Assembly: GCA_963828445.1 (NCBI GenBank)
Contig: CAWHFP010000014.1
Coordinates: forward strand, 37,565-101,564
Direction of reading: 5' to 3'
Length of the DNA stretch: 64,000 nucleotides
From: an uncultured Actinomycetes bacterium
Lineage (GTDB): Bacteria > Actinomycetota > Actinomycetes > Streptosporangiales > Streptosporangiaceae
The notes beneath the pieces were generated by a model. That model was not told where the DNA came from. It saw only the letters and a list, made by a program, of their open reading frames with translations, and did not search any database. Of this stretch, positions 60,128 to 64,000 are shown one piece after another (position 1 is the stretch's first letter; the number at the start of each line of letters is the position of its first letter). The position numbers and the translations under genes were made by a program.

Positions 60128-62988
60128 CGCAACGGGATCACCGGCACGAGCAGGACCGAGCCGCCCAGGGCGGCCGCGCCGTTGTTGGCCGGACCACCGC
60201 CCCCGCCGTTGCCGTTGGGGTTGTTGCAGTTGGGGTTCTGGAACGGGTTACAGGTCGGCGCCGTGGTCGGCTGAGTGCTGGGGAAGCCGCCCAGCGACGG
60301 GGTCGGTACCGGCACCGACGGGACCGACGGCGGCGTGAAGTGGTGGTGGTGCGGCTGGGTCTGGGTCGCAGTGGGCGTTGGCGTCGCGGTGGCCGGCACG
60401 CCGTCGGCCCCGAACATGTTCCAGGCGGTGCCGGAGAACTCCGGGGTGGGGAACTGCTGGACCGGCAGCGACGCGAACGCGTCCTCCGCGAACGAATGCC
60501 AGATCCGGGCCGGCCAGTAGCCACCGAAGCCACCGCCGACGTTGCCGCCCAGGTTGTCCAGGGTCTCGGTGTTCTTGTTGCCATGGGCGTCGATGTTGCC
60601 CTGGTTCTGGACGAAGATGCCCACGGTCAGCGCGTACTGCGGAATCGCGCCGATGAAGAACGCCGATCTCGAACTGTCGGTGGTGCCGGTCTTGGCGATG
60701 ATCGGACGGCCGTCGTCCATGGCCGCCGCAGTACCGGTGCCGTTGACGGTGTCGAACGACATCGCGTACTGGACCTGCGAGTCCTGCGCCGGCGTCAGCA
60801 CCTGAGCCGTCTTTACCGTGGCCGTCTTGTTGATGGTGGCCGAGCTGATCTGCTGGATCAGGTGGGCGGCGTGGTAGGTGCCGTTGTTGTCCAGCGTGGC
60901 CAGCATGGTGTCCTGCTCGTTGACCGACAGCGACGCCTGTGCCCAGGGCCATGCCGACTTGGCCGATCTCGCCCTGCAGTCCGGAGCCGCCGCCTTGACA
61001 TAGGACTTGACGTTGACCCCGAACTGCTGCGGCCAGGTTGACCACGTTCTGGGTGCCCACCCGGTGGATCAGGTCGGTGAAGGCGGTGTTGGACGACTGG
61101 GCCTCGGCGTGGGCCACGCTCATCGGCCCGTAGTCGTCGTTGTTGTCGTTCTTTTCCTCGAACTAGCCTTCGACCGCGTCGGTCTGGGAGCGGGCCGCGG
61201 GCGTCATCCGCTCGCTGTCCGGGCGGGATCCACAGCGGGCTGTACCCGTCCAGCTTGGTGGTCTGCACGTTCATGCCCTGCTGGACCGCGGTGGCCAGCA
61301 CGTACGGCTTGAACGAGGAACCCACCTGCTCGCGCTGGAGCACGCTGTTGAGCGTGCAGGTGTTGTGGCAGTCCTTGGCGGACAGGTTCTCGCCCGGGAC
61401 CGCCGTAGAAGGCGACGATGGCGCCGGTCTGCGGGTTCTGCAGCTCCGCCCCGATCATGGCGTAGGACGGAAGCGCGCCGCCGTCCTCGGCCATCTGCTT
61501 CACGTTCGTCGTTCACCGCGTGAGTACAGCTGGTCCATCATCGGCTTGCTGAGCGTGGTGACGATGCGCAGGCCGTCGTTGTCCCACTGGGCCGAGCTGA
61601 GGTGGTAGTCGGCCTGCAGTTCGTTCTTCACGATGTCCAGGACGTACTGGTCGTACGTGGACCCGAGCCGGACGTCTGGTCCTGCGGCTTGAGCGTGGCT
61701 GGGGAACTTCAGGCTGGCCGCCTGGGCCGCGCTGATGTCGCCCATGGCGACCATGCCGTTCAGCACGTAGTGCCAGCGGTTGACCAGAGCCGCGCTGGCC
61801 CGCCGGGGTCGGGTAGTAGCTCGGGCTCTGGATGATGGCCGCGATCTCGGCGGCCTGGGCCACGGTGAGCTGGCTGGCCGACACGCCGAAGTAGGTCTTG
61901 GCCGCGGCCCCGACCCCGTAGGCCCCGTTGCCGAGGTAGATCGTGTTCAGGTAGTTGGTCAGGATCCAGGCCTTGGACTTCTCCTTGGCCACCTTGAGCG
62001 CGACGAAGATCTCCTTGATCTTCCGGGTCGCGGTCTGCTGGGTCCCGATGTTCGCGTAGTAGTTGCGGACGAACTCCTGGGTGATGGTCGAGCCACCCTG
62101 CAGTGAGCCCTGGCTGCCGCCGCTGTTGAACACGTCCTCGTAGGCGGCCCGGACGATGCCCCTGGGCGAGACCCCGCCCTCGTTGTAGAAGCTCCGGTCC
62201 TCGGCCGCCACCACCGCGTCCCGCATGTAGGGCGAGATCTGGTTGTAGGTCAGCAGCTGGCGGTCGGTCGTGCCGAGCGTGCCGGCCACGGTCTTGCCGT
62301 CACTGAAGTAGACGGTGGACTGCTGCTGGGTCGCGGCCTGGGCCGCGTCCGTGGGGACCTGGGTGGTGGCGTAGGCGTAGCTGACCCCGGCCACCACGAG
62401 CAGGACGAAACCGCCGAAGCCGGCCGCGGCCACGCCGATGGCCTTCTTCCACGTCCAGTGCCGCCACCAGCTGCCCTTGACCTTGACCCGGTTCGGGCCG
62501 GTCCCGGTGCCACGGCCACCGCCCCGGCCGCCGTTCCCGCCGCGGCCATTGCGCGGGCCGGGACCACCGGGGCCGCCTCCATTCGGACCGCGGCCGCCCG
62601 GACCGCGACCACCGGGAGTGCGGCCACCTGGACTGCGGCGAGGGCCGGTCCCGTAGCCGTCGCTGTACTGGTCCGCCGGCCGCGGCTCGAAGCGGGGCCG
62701 GGCCGGCCGCTGGCGGTCACCGGCCAGCTGCGCCTGGTTGTCATTGGGAACCAGGCGCGGCCGAGGCCGTTCGCTGGTCGCCCGCTGCGGCGGATAGCCG
62801 TCATCCCGGCGCCGTCGGCCCGCGTAGGACCCGGTGTTGGCGTGGGACCCGGTACCAGGACGCGGTTCCGCGTTCTGGTACCCGCGCGGCCCGTTGCGGG
62901 AGCCCGCGTGTTCTGGCCACCGCTGGTCGCGGTCCCAGCCGTCGCCCGGCTGCGACCCGTACGGCCCACTGACGTCTCTGCTGCTCAC
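60091..62988 (-). CDS. Class A penicillin-binding protein (transglycosylase/transpeptidase), at least 5 frame breaks
   Basis: GT51 motifs AAEDRSFYNEGGVSPRGIVRA, GGSTITQEF, RKIKEIFVALKVAKE. TP motifs lie in other frames (REQVGSSFKPYVLATAVQ, KTGTT in ...IIAKTGTTDSS). The N-terminus is Gly/Arg/Pro-rich. The pieces are ORFs 61513-62988, 61500-61766, 61204-61503, 60858-61343 and 60091-60906. Confidence 0.85.
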
Positions 62989-63256
62989 ACATCCTCGCTG
63001 TTAGCTGAGCGGAAGCGGCTAGGCAGCACCGCCGAAATCTAAACGGTACCCACGGGAGTCTGCCGCCGCTGGCACGTCCGCCCTATCGCGCCGTCGCGAT
63101 TCCACGTGCCTTCCGGTGCATTTCCTGTGACTTACGGTGTTATCTAATGGGCCTCGCGTTACTCCTGTGACCCGCAAGCGTTGCGGGCGCTGCGGCTCAC
63201 ATTAGCTATTTCCGGGGCCAGGTCCCCGCGTCAGCCAGCTGACGGATTGGTTACGC

Positions 63257-63661
63257 TCACTGGCCGGTACGGGCGCGACGTCCGCGCCGGACCGGGGGCT
63301 CGCCCGTGCCAAGAACGTAGGACGTCGCCAGATGGTTCCAAGCGCAATTTTGGCAGACTTCGACCACATAAACCCGGAATTCGCCGTATTCGGCGGCCAT
63401 CTCGGCCAGCTCCGGGCCGCGCTTCACCCGGCCCGCGTATTGCCCCAGCTCATCCCCGTACACGTAGGTGACGTGGGTCAGGTTGGTCTTCCGGCAAATG
63501 GGGCAGCGGGCCTCGGTCGGCTCCCCGTGAAACTTGGCCGCTCTCATCAGGTACGGGTGCGCGTCGCAGACGTCGGTCACCGTGGTGTGGCCGGCGTACA
63601 CGGACGCGAGTGTGGCCCGGCGGGCCAGCCCGTAATCGACGACGGAACGCCTCGTCCTCAT
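63257..63661 (-). CDS. DUF5318-family protein (conserved PBP neighbour in actinobacteria)
   Basis: MRTRRSVVDYGLARRATLASVYAGHTTVTDVCDAHPYLMRAAKFHGEPTEARCPICRK...VVEVCQNCAWNHL. Confidence 0.8.
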   Translation of the reverse strand: MRTRRSVVDYGLARRATLASVYAGHTTVTDVCDAHPYLMRAAKFHGEPTEARCPICRKTNLTHVTYVYGDELGQYAGRVKRGPELAEMAAEYGEFRVYVVEVCQNCAWNHLATSYVLGTGEPPVRRGRRARTGQ

Positions 63662-63873
63662 GACCCACAGGGTACGTCGGAACCCCCGGCCAAGCCGAGT
63701 CCGGATATGCCCCCCTTGCGTGATCCTGGATGGATCTATATCCTCCTGATGTATCGGCTCGATACATCGACGTGAAACATCGGGCTGATACATCGAAACG
63801 GCAACACCTGCTAAAGATCTTCATTCAGCATCCGGACGGCAGCGGGGGCTCGCCGACAGGCGGGGGTGGCAAT

Positions 63874-64000
63874 GTGACAGGTAAGCGGTCTGGCGTACTG
63901 GAGCTGGCCGTACTGGGGATCCTGGATGGATCGCCCATGCACGGCTATGAGCTGCGCAAGCGGCTCAGTTCGGTACTGGGAGCGTTTCATGCGTTCTCGT
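63874..64000 (+). CDS. PadR-family transcriptional regulator, 5' part only (runs off the window)
   Basis: Own translation from GTG 63874: VTGKRSGVLELAVLGILDGSPMHGYELRKRLSSVLGAFHAFS. Confidence 0.7.
   Translation, partial: MTGKRSGVLELAVLGILDGSPMHGYELRKRLSSVLGAFHAFS

Noticed and set aside
56290-62660. The Gly-rich periodic DNA in the ssb tail (about 56290-56460), the PBP N-terminus (about 62470-62650) and GT39 (11370-11681) as CRISPR-like or non-coding repeat arrays.
   Set aside because: They translate in frame as low-complexity linkers of recognisable proteins and lack any repeat-spacer organisation.

Overview
High-GC (about 70% by eye) actinobacterial chromosome segment. Most long ORFs in the six-frame track that run antisense or out of frame are Arg/Pro/Gly-rich shadow ORFs and were ignored.

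Gene content, left to right:
- 1-2.2 kb: tail of a CUT1 sugar ABC transporter.
- 2.5-12.6 kb: housekeeping and accessory genes (TetR, aldo/keto reductase, Smr, F420 enzyme, gntK, ctaB, fused TPP-dependent E1, GT39).
- 12.8-19.7 kb: a CUT2-type sugar ABC operon, followed upstream by an OmpR-type response regulator and a soluble histidine kinase whose N-terminus is a complete ABC-transporter ATPase domain. I consider this the most novel system in the window.
- 19.8-24.2 kb: a sensor of about 1380 aa (PAS-GAF-HK-REC-PAS-GAF-PP2C-RsbW-like) plus a STAS partner.
- 24.3-34.2 kb: a visibly degraded stretch with an AbiEi/DUF559-like gene, sugar-acid dehydratase, Zn-ADH, regulator and DUF779 remnants, NHL propeller, FeS-type cryptochrome, FAD oxidoreductase and an APH remnant.
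- 34.3-37.8 kb: a lower-GC islet with a cNMP-binding/class-III-cyclase fusion placed divergently from a WhiJ-like XRE regulator and a BldB-like DUF397 pair, and a NUDIX gene beside it.
- 38.3-47.8 kb: methyltransferase, serine hydrolase, zinc-ribbon protein, an IYGD-repeat protein, ALDH, TetR/MFS and a PPOX enzyme.
- 48.1-51.1 kb: an orphan ESX/T7SS-style effector-like operon next to a truncated ADH stub.
- 51.2-64 kb: the conserved actinobacterial core dnaB-rplI-rpsR-ssb-rpsF ... nfo, GT87, class A PBP, DUF5318, PadR. dnaB carries a class-3-type intein in its P-loop.

No rRNA, tRNA or CRISPR array was seen.

Caveat: at least 12 genes, including ssb and the class A PBP, have broken reading frames, several at short homopolymers. 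I read most of these as assembly indels rather than true pseudogenes. Coordinates of split genes are therefore approximate.
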